DNA of 64,000 nt from Gammaproteobacteria bacterium (GCA_965221695.1 OZ244905.1:1600001-1664000); one strand, 5' to 3'. Shown: positions 10,551 through 19,431, counted from the first letter of the stretch. A program made the numbers and translations. Notes: generated from the sequence alone by a model not told the origin.

Positions 10551-11345
10551 ATGAGTAATCGTAGATTAGAAAGCAAAGTCGCGTTGATCACTGGTGGCGG
10601 TACCGGAATAGGAGCCGCCATTGCGCGCAGATTCGTCAATGCCGGCGCTTCCGTTGTAGTGTGCGGGCGACGGGTTGAACCTCTGCAGAGAATAGCCGAC
10701 GAAATCGATTGTCTCCCGCTCGCCGGTGACGTAAGTTCACTGGATGATTGCACGAATTTGGTGGCTGAAACAAAAAAGCAATTGGGCGGTCTTGATATCG
10801 TCGTCGCAAATGCCGGCATTTATTTCGAAGGCAGCGTCATCGAGCAAGATATGGATGAGTGGCAACGCACACTGGATATCAATGTGTCCGGTGTAATGAA
10901 TATTGCCCGTGCTGCCATACCGGAGATGCTGGGCCGCCCGGGCGCCAACATTCTGAATATTTCCTCCATGGCAGCCCTCTTCAGTGGCCCTGGAATGGCC
11001 AGCTACTCCACCGCCAAAGCCGCATTAATTGGCTTAACTCGGGCTATGGCTGTGGACTATGGCCCACAAGGAATCCGCGTTAATTGCTTATGTCCCGGCT
11101 GGATCAAAACGCCAATGAGCACACAGGAAATGCACGATTTGTCAGCCTTGAAAAATATCAGCGTCGAACAGGCTTTTTTTGAAGCGACCCGCTATCTCCC
11201 ACTTCAGAGAATGGCGGATGCAGATGAAATTGCCGCCTGTGCCGAGTTCCTGACTTCGGAAGATGCGTCATTTGTCACCGGAACCACCCTGGTTGCGGAC
11301 GGCGGTGGCTCAGCCAAAGATATTGGTACGCTGGCATTTGAATAA
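10551..11345 (+). CDS. SDR family oxidoreductase
   Basis: TGGGTGIG, NAG, YSTAK, DGG motifs. Confidence 0.95.
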   Translation: MSNRRLESKVALITGGGTGIGAAIARRFVNAGASVVVCGRRVEPLQRIADEIDCLPLAGDVSSLDDCTNLVAETKKQLGGLDIVVANAGIYFEGSVIEQDMDEWQRTLDINVSGVMNIARAAIPEMLGRPGANILNISSMAALFSGPGMASYSTAKAALIGLTRAMAVDYGPQGIRVNCLCPGWIKTPMSTQEMHDLSALKNISVEQAFFEATRYLPLQRMADADEIAACAEFLTSEDASFVTGTTLVADGGGSAKDIGTLAFE

Positions 11346-11451
11346 GGCCTGTCTTATCGTTCCATGCGCAGCATTACAAATCGGGCCGGCATCCATTTGG
11401 CCAATCTGTAGTACTAACCCGAATATCCGCCCGCTATACTCATTCCCCCGG

Positions 11452-11898
11452 CTACCATACCCCCACATTCTCCGCCGACGCCCAGGGTTCCTTAGGAGGC
11501 TGGGCTTCGCCCTTCTGTAACAGCTCAATAGAAATATTATCCGGCGTGCGCAGAAAAGCCATATAACCATCCCGAGGCGGACGATTGATCGTAACACCGC
11601 TGTCAGCAATCTTCTGACAGGTGGCATAAATATCATCCACCTCGAACGCAACATGGCCGAAATTGCGCCCGCCGGTATACTCTTCCGGGTCCCAGTTATA
11701 GGTCAACTCCAGCACCGGCGCAGGCATCTTCATCCCTTCAGCCTGGTCTGCATCACCGGACGCGGCCAAAAACACCAGAGTAAAGCGGCCCTGCTCACTC
11801 TCCATCCGTTTCACCTCCCGCATCCCCATAGTACCGCAGAAAAAAGACAGACTCTCATCCAGGTCGGAAACCCGGAGCATCGTATGTAGATATCGCAT
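11452..11898 (-). CDS. gloA: lactoylglutathione lyase (glyoxalase I / VOC family)
   Basis: [34 protein letters not shown]. Confidence 0.85.
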   Translation of the reverse strand: MRYLHTMLRVSDLDESLSFFCGTMGMREVKRMESEQGRFTLVFLAASGDADQAEGMKMPAPVLELTYNWDPEEYTGGRNFGHVAFEVDDIYATCQKIADSGVTINRPPRDGYMAFLRTPDNISIELLQKGEAQPPKEPWASAENVGVW

Positions 11899-11919
11899 TG
11901 GTTTTCTCCTTAATCAGAA

Positions 11920-12342
11920 TTATGGAAGCCAGGCACGGCTTTCAATATTATTGCTTCCGCATGACTTGACCAGCGCATGGGGAATATTCGGGCTCGCCGG
12001 ATCAACACTTATCTCTCTGCGACCTGGGTTTACAACCAAATCCATATCTTCCATCGGCACAGCGCCGAGCAGGACTTCATCGCCAAGGACCAGGGCGCCG
12101 ACATAACAGAAACGGTCCCTGAAAGAGACCTTAATCGGACCGACATAGGGCACATTCATATTCCTGCCATCCGCCATCGACACTTCTCTCAAGGATTCAG
12201 TGCTGAGCTTGAGTTGGAGCGCAATGCGCTCGGGGATACATAACATCAACGCGCGTGTATCGGCAAGTGCATTGACCTTGATTGAAGTCAACTGCTGTTC
12301 CCGCGGATTGCTTAATTCTATTTCTGTGAAGATGTGTCCCAT
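11920..12342 (-). CDS. clan AA (retropepsin-like) aspartic protease; catalytic motif reads DTR
   Basis: VNALADTRA..LCIP, VPYVGP, LLGAVPMEDMDLVV. Confidence 0.8.
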   Translation of the reverse strand: MGHIFTEIELSNPREQQLTSIKVNALADTRALMLCIPERIALQLKLSTESLREVSMADGRNMNVPYVGPIKVSFRDRFCYVGALVLGDEVLLGAVPMEDMDLVVNPGRREISVDPASPNIPHALVKSCGSNNIESRAWLP

Positions 12343-12371
12343 AGTCTACCCAACAAACCTGTATGAACTTA

Positions 12372-12560
12372 TCACGGAAGCCAGTTATTTGAAAGCTCAC
12401 CAAGCACATTGTCTACCAACTTTACCGCATCATCAATATCCGTGTCTGTCGTGTCAAAACCAAGACTGAAACGGATGGATGCCTCCGCATCTTCAGGTGA
12501 CAGACCAATGGCTTTAAGAACATGTGAAGGTTCGGGGATGCCGGATGTGCAGGCAAGCAT
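12372..12560 (-). pseudogene. C-terminal remnant of a cysteine desulfurase (IscS/DndA-like)
   Basis: ACTSGIPEPSHVLKAIGL...SIRFSLG is the catalytic-Cys loop and C-terminus; the whole PLP domain is missing. Confidence 0.85.
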
Positions 12561-12581
12561 AATACCAATTGATTCAGAACA

Positions 12582-14342
12582 TCAACCGTGCCATTCGATC
12601 AATTGCTGATTAGCTTTCAACCTGGCCCGCTGATGCATCACGGCCTCAAAAATTATGGCTAAGTCCGATGAATCGTTGTTCAGCAAAGGTAACGCAGCTT
12701 GAGCTTCCATCAGAAACTGTTCTTTCATTGTGCTGTTAATATAACCTGCGCTCCACCAGTCTGTAATCCGTTCCCTGGAATTATGCAGTAATGGCGCTGA
12801 CGGTAGCTTTTCACGTTTTTGTCCGTTCGCCGTTACACTGGCAGGCATCAAATTCCACAGATCGTTGTTATACCATCGACTCCACGGGAAGCAATGGTCA
12901 ATCTCATAATGTTCATTCCTGAGTCTTTTATCCGTCCATACACAATGAATTGTCTTACCCTTTTGTAGTAACTGCTGCACCCGGCTTCGAGCCGGCTGGG
13001 TATCTCGCTGACCTTCATCCCATTGTAAAGCCCTGTAGTAAATTGAATCGTCGTAACGTGTTTGATAGCCTTGCATCAGTCTAACCCATTCGTTAACGAT
13101 GACGGGTTCTAACCAGCAAGCATACTGTCCCATACATTGCCATATTTCTGCCGGAATTTCGAAAACGCCGAATTGGCTTAGAGTCTCTTTATCAATTCGC
13201 CAGAATTTTACATTTGTTAGTTGTACTGTTTCCTTGTTACAGCTAAATACCGGATCATCCCTGCCTGGATGTGTAATGAATTTCGTAGGCATTTTTTGAA
13301 TATTTTCACAAATATCCCTGATCGCGCCGATTACAAAGCGAGCATGTTCCGAATCAAACTCCGCACCAATTCTAAGGTCAAATGATGAGAAGCGATTTAA
13401 CTGATAGAAGTTATCCTTTGCAAAGCCTAGATACCTTCGATTCGATATATCATGCCTCGGGTTTTGAGGAAGCTCATGTTGCAACACCAAAGGCATATAG
13501 AGCTTGAGCCAATATAATCCTACCAGCCCGAATGGTATTTCGACTTTATCATCGGTACGCTTGCTGACCATTCCTGGCGCGCCCTCTGCGATGTGAATTA
13601 AGGCGCGCAATAAACCCAGCTTATAAGTGGCTGACTTATCGTCATTGACTATGATATGACGCAATAGGGGCAAACTACCCGTGCCATCATCCGGCAATTG
13701 AAAGACCACCGTCTCCCAATGAACATCCGGCCGGGCAAGATTGTCCTCGGAACTTTCATAAAAGACTTGTGCCAATGCGCGTTGCTTGGCGAGTTGTTCC
13801 AGTTCCCCGCTGCTAACCTCATGGAAACCTCTATCAAGGTTTTCCTGCTCATCGTTTCCGTGACGGAGTGTGAATACCAGGATACCTCCCTGCGCAAGAA
13901 GTTCGCCAATGATGCGAAACGCCCTCTCTCTTTTATTCGGTGACACATGCATCCATACGGCGCTCAGAAGTATCAGGTTGAAACGGTGGCCGGCAGCTCG
14001 CAGGGATTTCAATTCCGGCAGTTCATCACCCTGCCATATGACATTAGCATGGCTGCCCGGTTTGGCCAGTTCCCGAAACGCTTTACATGGCTCAACGGCA
14101 ACCACATCCCAACCCTTATCAGCCAGCCAGTTCGCATCGCGCCCGCTGCCGGCCCCAATGTCCAAGGCGATGCCCGGATTATCCGGAATGAAACGGGACC
14201 AAGACGCATGCAGTGATTCGGGATCCAGGGAGTCGTACCTGGAAACCAGTTTTCGCGCATTGTCCGAATAATATTTCACAGTTCTCAAGGATAGTACATC
14301 TGCTGAACCTGTTGTAAGATATTGCACCTTGCGGTTGTACAA
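12582..14342 (-). CDS. class I SAM-dependent methyltransferase fused to an HNH-type endonuclease domain
   Basis: LDIGAGSGRD motif I and LSAVWMH; central KSATYKLGLLRAL; C-terminal CVWT...IDHCFPWS...NDLWNL...N..K. Confidence 0.85.
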   Translation of the reverse strand: MYNRKVQYLTTGSADVLSLRTVKYYSDNARKLVSRYDSLDPESLHASWSRFIPDNPGIALDIGAGSGRDANWLADKGWDVVAVEPCKAFRELAKPGSHANVIWQGDELPELKSLRAAGHRFNLILLSAVWMHVSPNKRERAFRIIGELLAQGGILVFTLRHGNDEQENLDRGFHEVSSGELEQLAKQRALAQVFYESSEDNLARPDVHWETVVFQLPDDGTGSLPLLRHIIVNDDKSATYKLGLLRALIHIAEGAPGMVSKRTDDKVEIPFGLVGLYWLKLYMPLVLQHELPQNPRHDISNRRYLGFAKDNFYQLNRFSSFDLRIGAEFDSEHARFVIGAIRDICENIQKMPTKFITHPGRDDPVFSCNKETVQLTNVKFWRIDKETLSQFGVFEIPAEIWQCMGQYACWLEPVIVNEWVRLMQGYQTRYDDSIYYRALQWDEGQRDTQPARSRVQQLLQKGKTIHCVWTDKRLRNEHYEIDHCFPWSRWYNNDLWNLMPASVTANGQKREKLPSAPLLHNSRERITDWWSAGYINSTMKEQFLMEAQAALPLLNNDSSDLAIIFEAVMHQRARLKANQQLIEWHG

Positions 14343-14400
14343 GGACGACTTCGCCTGGGGAACCAGTTGGGGGTTCAGTCACGATATTATCCTTGTCTTT

Positions 14401-15258
14401 ATGAAACAGCGCTTGCTATATATTTTGGTGTTAGCTGGTTTTTCTGTCGCCGCCTTATATGCTTCAGAACTGACCGTAATTGAAAATGCAACGCTTATTG
14501 AATCCGACATGAATGATGGTGACAGTTTTATGGTTGATGCAGGTGGTCGTCAATTGTATTTTCGTCTCTACTATGTCGATTGCCCGGAAACCTCATACAA
14601 CAGCAAACCCGACCTGGAAAGAATCCGCGAACAACAGTTCCACTTCGGCCTGGCAGAACCCCATGAAGTGGTACGCTATGGAGAAGCGGCTGCCAAATAT
14701 GTGCATCAGGTATTGTCCCAGCCATTCACTATCCATACCAGTTACGCTAACGCCCCAAGACGCTCTGCTTCCAGTCGATATTATGCATTCATCGAAACTC
14801 ACGACGGCCGGGACTTGGGCTACCTCCTTATTGAACAAGGTTTGGCTAGAATTCACGGTAAAACACGCCCCAGCCCGAATGGCAAGCCTACCCATACTGT
14901 ATTAGAAGAGTTGCAAGACCTGCGCACCGTCGCTCTGCTGAACCGAGCTGGAATTTGGCAATCAACCCAACCCAAAAGCCTGGCTGACATGCGCAAACGG
15001 CTGCGTGATGATGAACAGAAACTGAAAGAATTACAGAGTATCTTGTCGCAGAAGCGCAACCCCGATGATCCGCCCCTCAACTTGAATTCTGCATCAAACA
15101 AAGAACTCCAGTCAATTCCTGGTATCGGCCCTGCAACTGCCAACAAAATTACCGCCGCCAGACCTTACCGGTCCGTTGATGACTTGTTGAGTATTCCAGG
15201 GATTGGCCCGAAGACCTTAGAGAAGATTTCTCCTTACGTGACAGTAAAGGATGAATAA
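14401..15258 (+). CDS. exported thermonuclease (SNase) with a C-terminal ComEA-like HhH DNA-binding domain
   Basis: Signal peptide; DGDS..., RLYYVDCPET, LIEQGLAR, AGIW; LNLNSAS..EL.SIPGIGP..A..I and a second IPGIGP. Confidence 0.85.
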   Translation: MKQRLLYILVLAGFSVAALYASELTVIENATLIESDMNDGDSFMVDAGGRQLYFRLYYVDCPETSYNSKPDLERIREQQFHFGLAEPHEVVRYGEAAAKYVHQVLSQPFTIHTSYANAPRRSASSRYYAFIETHDGRDLGYLLIEQGLARIHGKTRPSPNGKPTHTVLEELQDLRTVALLNRAGIWQSTQPKSLADMRKRLRDDEQKLKELQSILSQKRNPDDPPLNLNSASNKELQSIPGIGPATANKITAARPYRSVDDLLSIPGIGPKTLEKISPYVTVKDE

Positions 15259-15357
15259 TCAGATAATTATGAAAAACTAAGCATCCTGATAGCTTGCTTT
15301 TCTGATACAACTCTGAACTGGGGTGTGCACATCAGACAAGAATGAAAACATCCTGAT

Positions 15358-15387
15358 TTGACAACCTCGAAGACTTGCATATAAAGT
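15358..15387 (+). promoter_or_regulatory. sigma70-like promoter
   Basis: TTGACA followed by TATAAA (16-nt spacer) or TAAAGT (18-nt spacer); hexamers are conserved in the second copy at 18588 while the spacer varies. Confidence 0.6.
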
Positions 15388-15539
15388 AACTCCTGAGAGC
15401 AGTCCCGAACTGTCGCCGGATGCGGCAGTAATGCAGAGGGAACAATAATCCGGGCTGCCTCCCGCTGGGTTTATGGTCGGCGGAGCAAGGGTCGGTGTTC
15501 CGGCCAAGTGAAATGAACAACGAGATCGGAGAGGGAAAA

Positions 15540-15998
15540 ATGACAGATGTAGCTTTTGATACGCTAAAGATGGCGCAAGGCTTGAAGGACTCTGGCATGG
15601 AGGCCAAACAAGCGGAATCGGTGGTGATACTGGTGCAAGATGCAATTAATGAGCGAGTAGCGACCAAGGCTGATCTGGCTAAGACGGAGAATACGCTTCG
15701 TGGTGATATGGAGAAAATGGAAACATCGCTTCGTGGTGACATAGAGAATCTGCGGGGCGATATGGAGAGCATGGAAACATCCCTTCGTAGCGATATGGAG
15801 AAGATGGAAACATCCCTACGGGGGGATATGGTGAAGATGGAAACATCGCTACGCCACGAGATGGAGAAGCAGGAAATATCGATGGACCACCGGCTCAAGA
15901 ATCTGGAATTGCGGCTGATGGTAAAAATTGTCCTGATTCAAGCTGCGTTCACGGGTTCGCTCCTCGGCGCTTTAAGATTTTTTTTCTTGCCGGGATAA
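15540..15998 (+). CDS. DUF1640/CCDC90-like coiled-coil protein with C-terminal TM anchor (long repeat variant)
   Basis: FDTLKMAQGLKDSGMEAKQAE head, ATKADL, LRGDMEKMETS repeats, C-terminal TM; GGAGAGG RBS before ATG 15540. Confidence 0.85.
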   Translation: MTDVAFDTLKMAQGLKDSGMEAKQAESVVILVQDAINERVATKADLAKTENTLRGDMEKMETSLRGDIENLRGDMESMETSLRSDMEKMETSLRGDMVKMETSLRHEMEKQEISMDHRLKNLELRLMVKIVLIQAAFTGSLLGALRFFFLPG

Positions 15999-16134
15999 CA
16001 AACAATTTCCAACGCTTTGTTCTTACGGTGCGTCGGTAATACCGGCAGTTTTATTGCAACAAACTAACAGGGTTACCACGGTATAAGAACCGAAATAGCG
16101 TGGCCATCGAAGAGTAGTATTCCGGTTTTGGAAC

Positions 16135-16980
16135 TTAAGCTGCTTTTTCAATCAAATGCTTTGCTGCATCGACGGGTGAAGTGGCAGGGTACAAGCCTAA
16201 ATCTCTTTTGGATGCTTCGTAGTCTAATTCCTCTACAAATTCACTAACTTCCGAGGTTTCATCAGAATCTGGTATCTGTAGTAATAACTCACAGGATTTC
16301 GGATGAAACAAGGCGCTCTCATCCCTGAGACGGTCAAGTTGCCATAGCTTGCTCTGAGCTCTTACCAGTACTCTTTGAATTTGAGTTGATTCGGTAATTG
16401 CATCAAACTGCGCCGCATAATTACTGGATAGAAAACTGAATGATAGCGGTACGCCAGAGTCCCGGACTGGGACGCTTTTGTCAAAATAATTCAGGAAGTC
16501 TTTCCGCTCATTAGCTACGACTTTAATTATTTCACTCTGCCAGGTTTTTGGCGCAGACATTACGGAAGCTTTGTTTGACCCCGTGTTGTCTGCTTCATGT
16601 GAAGCAGCGAAAGATGAGGATTGTCGAGCTGCCCTGGATAACCCCTCCTCAATACTTTCAGCAACGGAGGAACGTAGTTCTCCAACATAAAACCTGTCCA
16701 AGGGTGGAGACCATTTGTTTGATAGCGGATTTGCCGAGTAGTACTGTTCGGCATGATCAATACACAAACTCAATGCATCTGCTATTCGAGCGCTAAATTC
16801 CCGACCGTAGATTTTTTTCAACTGAGATGTTGTGATCAGTTTTGCCGCTATCAGCTCCTGGTCGTCTCCTTTCACGATGGCCCCTAGAGTTATCCTTTCG
16901 CCCGAGAGTGGGACAGGCTCGATTTGAAGACTCCTCCATGAAAAACCGTATCCGGGTAATTCAGGAAATGATTGTGACAT
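16135..16980 (-). CDS. hypothetical protein, partner of the HipA-like kinase (DUF3037-like N-terminus)
   Basis: Its ATG abuts the kinase stop codon; EPVPLSGERITLGAIV resembles the DUF3037-type N-terminal motif. Confidence 0.65.
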   Translation of the reverse strand: MSQSFPELPGYGFSWRSLQIEPVPLSGERITLGAIVKGDDQELIAAKLITTSQLKKIYGREFSARIADALSLCIDHAEQYYSANPLSNKWSPPLDRFYVGELRSSVAESIEEGLSRAARQSSSFAASHEADNTGSNKASVMSAPKTWQSEIIKVVANERKDFLNYFDKSVPVRDSGVPLSFSFLSSNYAAQFDAITESTQIQRVLVRAQSKLWQLDRLRDESALFHPKSCELLLQIPDSDETSEVSEFVEELDYEASKRDLGLYPATSPVDAAKHLIEKAA

Positions 16981-17787
16981 TCATTCCTCCTCTCTCACAG
17001 TACTGTCCGGCGCTGAAAGATTTAATTCTTGTTGTTTGATATCCAGACTTTCGGTAATGATAGCATGCATATGTTTACTACGCTCAGCGAGAAATCTTAT
17101 ATATTTGCGGAATATTTGCGCGCTTCCAGGCAGGTTCTCAGTAAGCAATAGCTTATGTATTTCATTCCAATCAATTGACTTATACTCATCAATATACACA
17201 AGCGCCTTCTTCCTAATCCGATGCCGCTCCAATTCCGATTTGTTACGAGCAAGTTGCTGTAGTAGCTGTGCGTTTGCAGACGAACCGGGAGATGCGTAGT
17301 TTGGTAAGGCTTCATCGTGATCAATCAAGCGAAAATGCCTTTTGCCATGAAATATCAAGTTGTTCGGGATTCTATCCCGGTTGTAAATCCACTCATCGAA
17401 TACTGCCAAGCGGAGAACATCACTCCATCCAGAGATATCATCTTCTGTAGGAAGGTGAGTTAGCCGAAATGCTGATATTTCATCAGCTTCAATGCCAAAA
17501 GCAATGTTATGAATGTTGCTTGGACAGTAATCACTCATAATACTGGGATCGACTTGGACATAATACGGTTGCAGCATTGGGAGTTGAAGTTTCCTTGCCA
17601 ATACAGCGCACAGCGCCTCTTTGGCTACGCCGTCAATATCGATCAATTTAATATAGGCATCCTTCAGGCCCTGATCAGTAGATATTTCAGCCCTTAATGT
17701 TGCCCCTTTAGATGACGGCACCGGTTGTGCACCGGGATAAGCGGTTGCAAGCCTTATCTGAAAACAATTTGTCGTCATTTTATCCAA
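16981..17787 (-). CDS. HipA-like (PI3/4-kinase fold) protein kinase
   Basis: AYIK, KEALCAVLARKLQLP, FDEWIYNRDRIPNNLI, LIDHDEA. Confidence 0.85.
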   Translation of the reverse strand: MDKMTTNCFQIRLATAYPGAQPVPSSKGATLRAEISTDQGLKDAYIKLIDIDGVAKEALCAVLARKLQLPMLQPYYVQVDPSIMSDYCPSNIHNIAFGIEADEISAFRLTHLPTEDDISGWSDVLRLAVFDEWIYNRDRIPNNLIFHGKRHFRLIDHDEALPNYASPGSSANAQLLQQLARNKSELERHRIRKKALVYIDEYKSIDWNEIHKLLLTENLPGSAQIFRKYIRFLAERSKHMHAIITESLDIKQQELNLSAPDSTVREEE

Positions 17788-17855
17788 GACTGAAGCGACT
17801 ATGGACTATTCAAAGACTTAATGGGATAAATTGCCATCGCACCAGGTGTATTATC

Positions 17856-18506
17856 CTACTCCAGAAGGAACTTAGAAAATCTTAGTCCTAATGGTGTGAG
17901 CCTTACCGGATAGTTTCCATAGTCGGCAGTTATAATCATGGGAGCATCACTCAGGTGAAGTAGATTGACTCTATGCAACTCTGCGACTAAAGCCATCAGC
18001 AAATCTGGCGAATATTCAGGGAAGCGGCCGTGGAGTTCACCAAAAGTAATGCTGTATGATTGGTCCTCGTTTCCTTCCCAGTTTCCTGCATTCACTACAG
18101 TGCCAATTACTTCGACGGCGCCACTGGAAAGTGTTTCCACGCAGCGGGACATATGATCCAGTTCTGTGTAGCTAAGTTTTTCCGGATCATCTTCTTGTAA
18201 CAGAAGATTTGCAAGAATAGCGGTGGCGGCCTTCAACTTATCATCGCGATGGCTCCGTATGATGGATAAATAACAAGATTTGAACAATTCAGCGAACTCT
18301 TCCCTATTCACTGTGTTCATATCAATACGATCACCAAGATTTTCGACGCGCACACGAAGGAATTCGATAGTGCGCTCTATAGATTTCTCAGTAGCGGTAG
18401 GGATGTAGTCACCAACCAAGCTTGCGATTGAGCCTCCGATATAAGGTATAGCTGACAATCCTGCCTTGATTAATGCAAGGGTATGTTTCGATGCATTTTT
18501 TGTCAT
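17856..18506 (-). CDS. hypothetical protein
   Basis: 216-aa ORF; N-terminal SAIPYIGGSIASLV hairpin and a probable C-terminal winged helix (RLTPLGLRF). Confidence 0.75.
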   Translation of the reverse strand: MTKNASKHTLALIKAGLSAIPYIGGSIASLVGDYIPTATEKSIERTIEFLRVRVENLGDRIDMNTVNREEFAELFKSCYLSIIRSHRDDKLKAATAILANLLLQEDDPEKLSYTELDHMSRCVETLSSGAVEVIGTVVNAGNWEGNEDQSYSITFGELHGRFPEYSPDLLMALVAELHRVNLLHLSDAPMIITADYGNYPVRLTPLGLRFSKFLLE

Positions 18507-18563
18507 TTATCGAATACAACGACTATTGTTGCGCCTCAAAGATTAAGTATTCACGCAGGATTT

Positions 18564-19261
18564 AGGCAAGAAACATAATATCTTGATTTGACAATCTCGG
18601 AAACTCGCATATAAAGTGACTCCTGAGAGCAGTCCCGAACTGTCGCCGGATGCGGCAGTAATGCAGAGGGAACAATAATCCGGGCTGCCTCCCGCCGGGT
18701 TTATATCCCGCGCGGCAAGGGTCGGTGTTCCGGCCAAGTGATTTGAACAACACGATTGGAGCAGGAAAATGGTTGATGCAGCTTTTGATACCCTGAAAAT
18801 GGCGCAAGGCTTGAAGGACTCCGGCATGGAGGCCAAACAAGCGGAATCGGTGGTGATACTGGTGCAAGATGCGATTAATGAGCGAGTAGCGACCAAGGCT
18901 GACTTGGCTGTGCTTCGCGGTGACATAGAGAATCTGCGGGGCGATATGGAGAAGATGGAAACATCGCTACGGCACGAGATGGAGAAGCAGGAAATATCGA
19001 TGGATCACCGGTTCAAGAATCTGGAATTGCGGCTGATGGTAAAAATTGTCCTGATTCAAGCTGCGTACACGGGTTCGCTGTTGGGCGCTTTAAGATTCTT
19101 TCTCTTGCCGGGATAACCAACAATTTGTAGCGCTTTGTTCTTACGCCGCCTCGGTAATACCGGCAGATTTATTGCAACAAACTAACAGGGTTACCACGGT
19201 ATAAAAACCGAAATAGCGTGGCCATCGAAGAGTAGTATTTCGGTTATGGAGTTTAAGCTGC
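18564..19261 (+). repeat. direct repeat copy 2
   Basis: Matches 15334..16143; about 111 bp shorter within the coiled-coil repeat tract. Confidence 0.9.
18769..19116 (+). CDS. DUF1640/CCDC90-like coiled-coil protein (short repeat variant)
   Basis: Near-identical paralog of 15540..15998. Confidence 0.88.
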   Translation: MVDAAFDTLKMAQGLKDSGMEAKQAESVVILVQDAINERVATKADLAVLRGDIENLRGDMEKMETSLRHEMEKQEISMDHRFKNLELRLMVKIVLIQAAYTGSLLGALRFFLLPG

Positions 19262-19431
19262 AAAGCCGCATTGCTCAAACCAACGAGTCTCCGGGATTCC
19301 CGGGGCGGTTCATTATTCCGTTTACGCGTTTTTGTGAATTGTTGAAATTATAACGCGACAAACCAACCGCAACGGCCACCTTGCCCTACAAGCGCGGGTG
19401 TGTATTGCTTGATTCATTGCCGGCCTTTGCT

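Larger units (their letters stand above)
15334..16143 (+). repeat. direct repeat copy 1 (promoter, leader, DUF1640-like gene, 3' flank)
   Basis: Aligns by eye with 18564..19261 from caagaa...tgatttgacaa to ttaagctgc. Confidence 0.9.

Noticed and set aside
13576-13585. att duplication of the tRNA-Arg 3' end (tggcgcgccc)
   Set aside because: Only 10 bp, inside a CDS, and no integrase is present; expected by chance
15440-15470. Cobalamin riboswitch call for the DUF1640 leader
   Set aside because: Only a partial motif match, lacking the GGTG stem and the GCAACTGT/B12 box; kept as an unknown structured leader
15690-15860. RGD integrin-binding motifs in the DUF1640 repeats
   Set aside because: They lie within a coiled-coil helix, not an exposed loop; probably incidental
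15277-15898. Minus-strand ORFs over the DUF1640 repeats (also 18543..18926)
   Set aside because: Antisense shadows of the repetitive gene and leader
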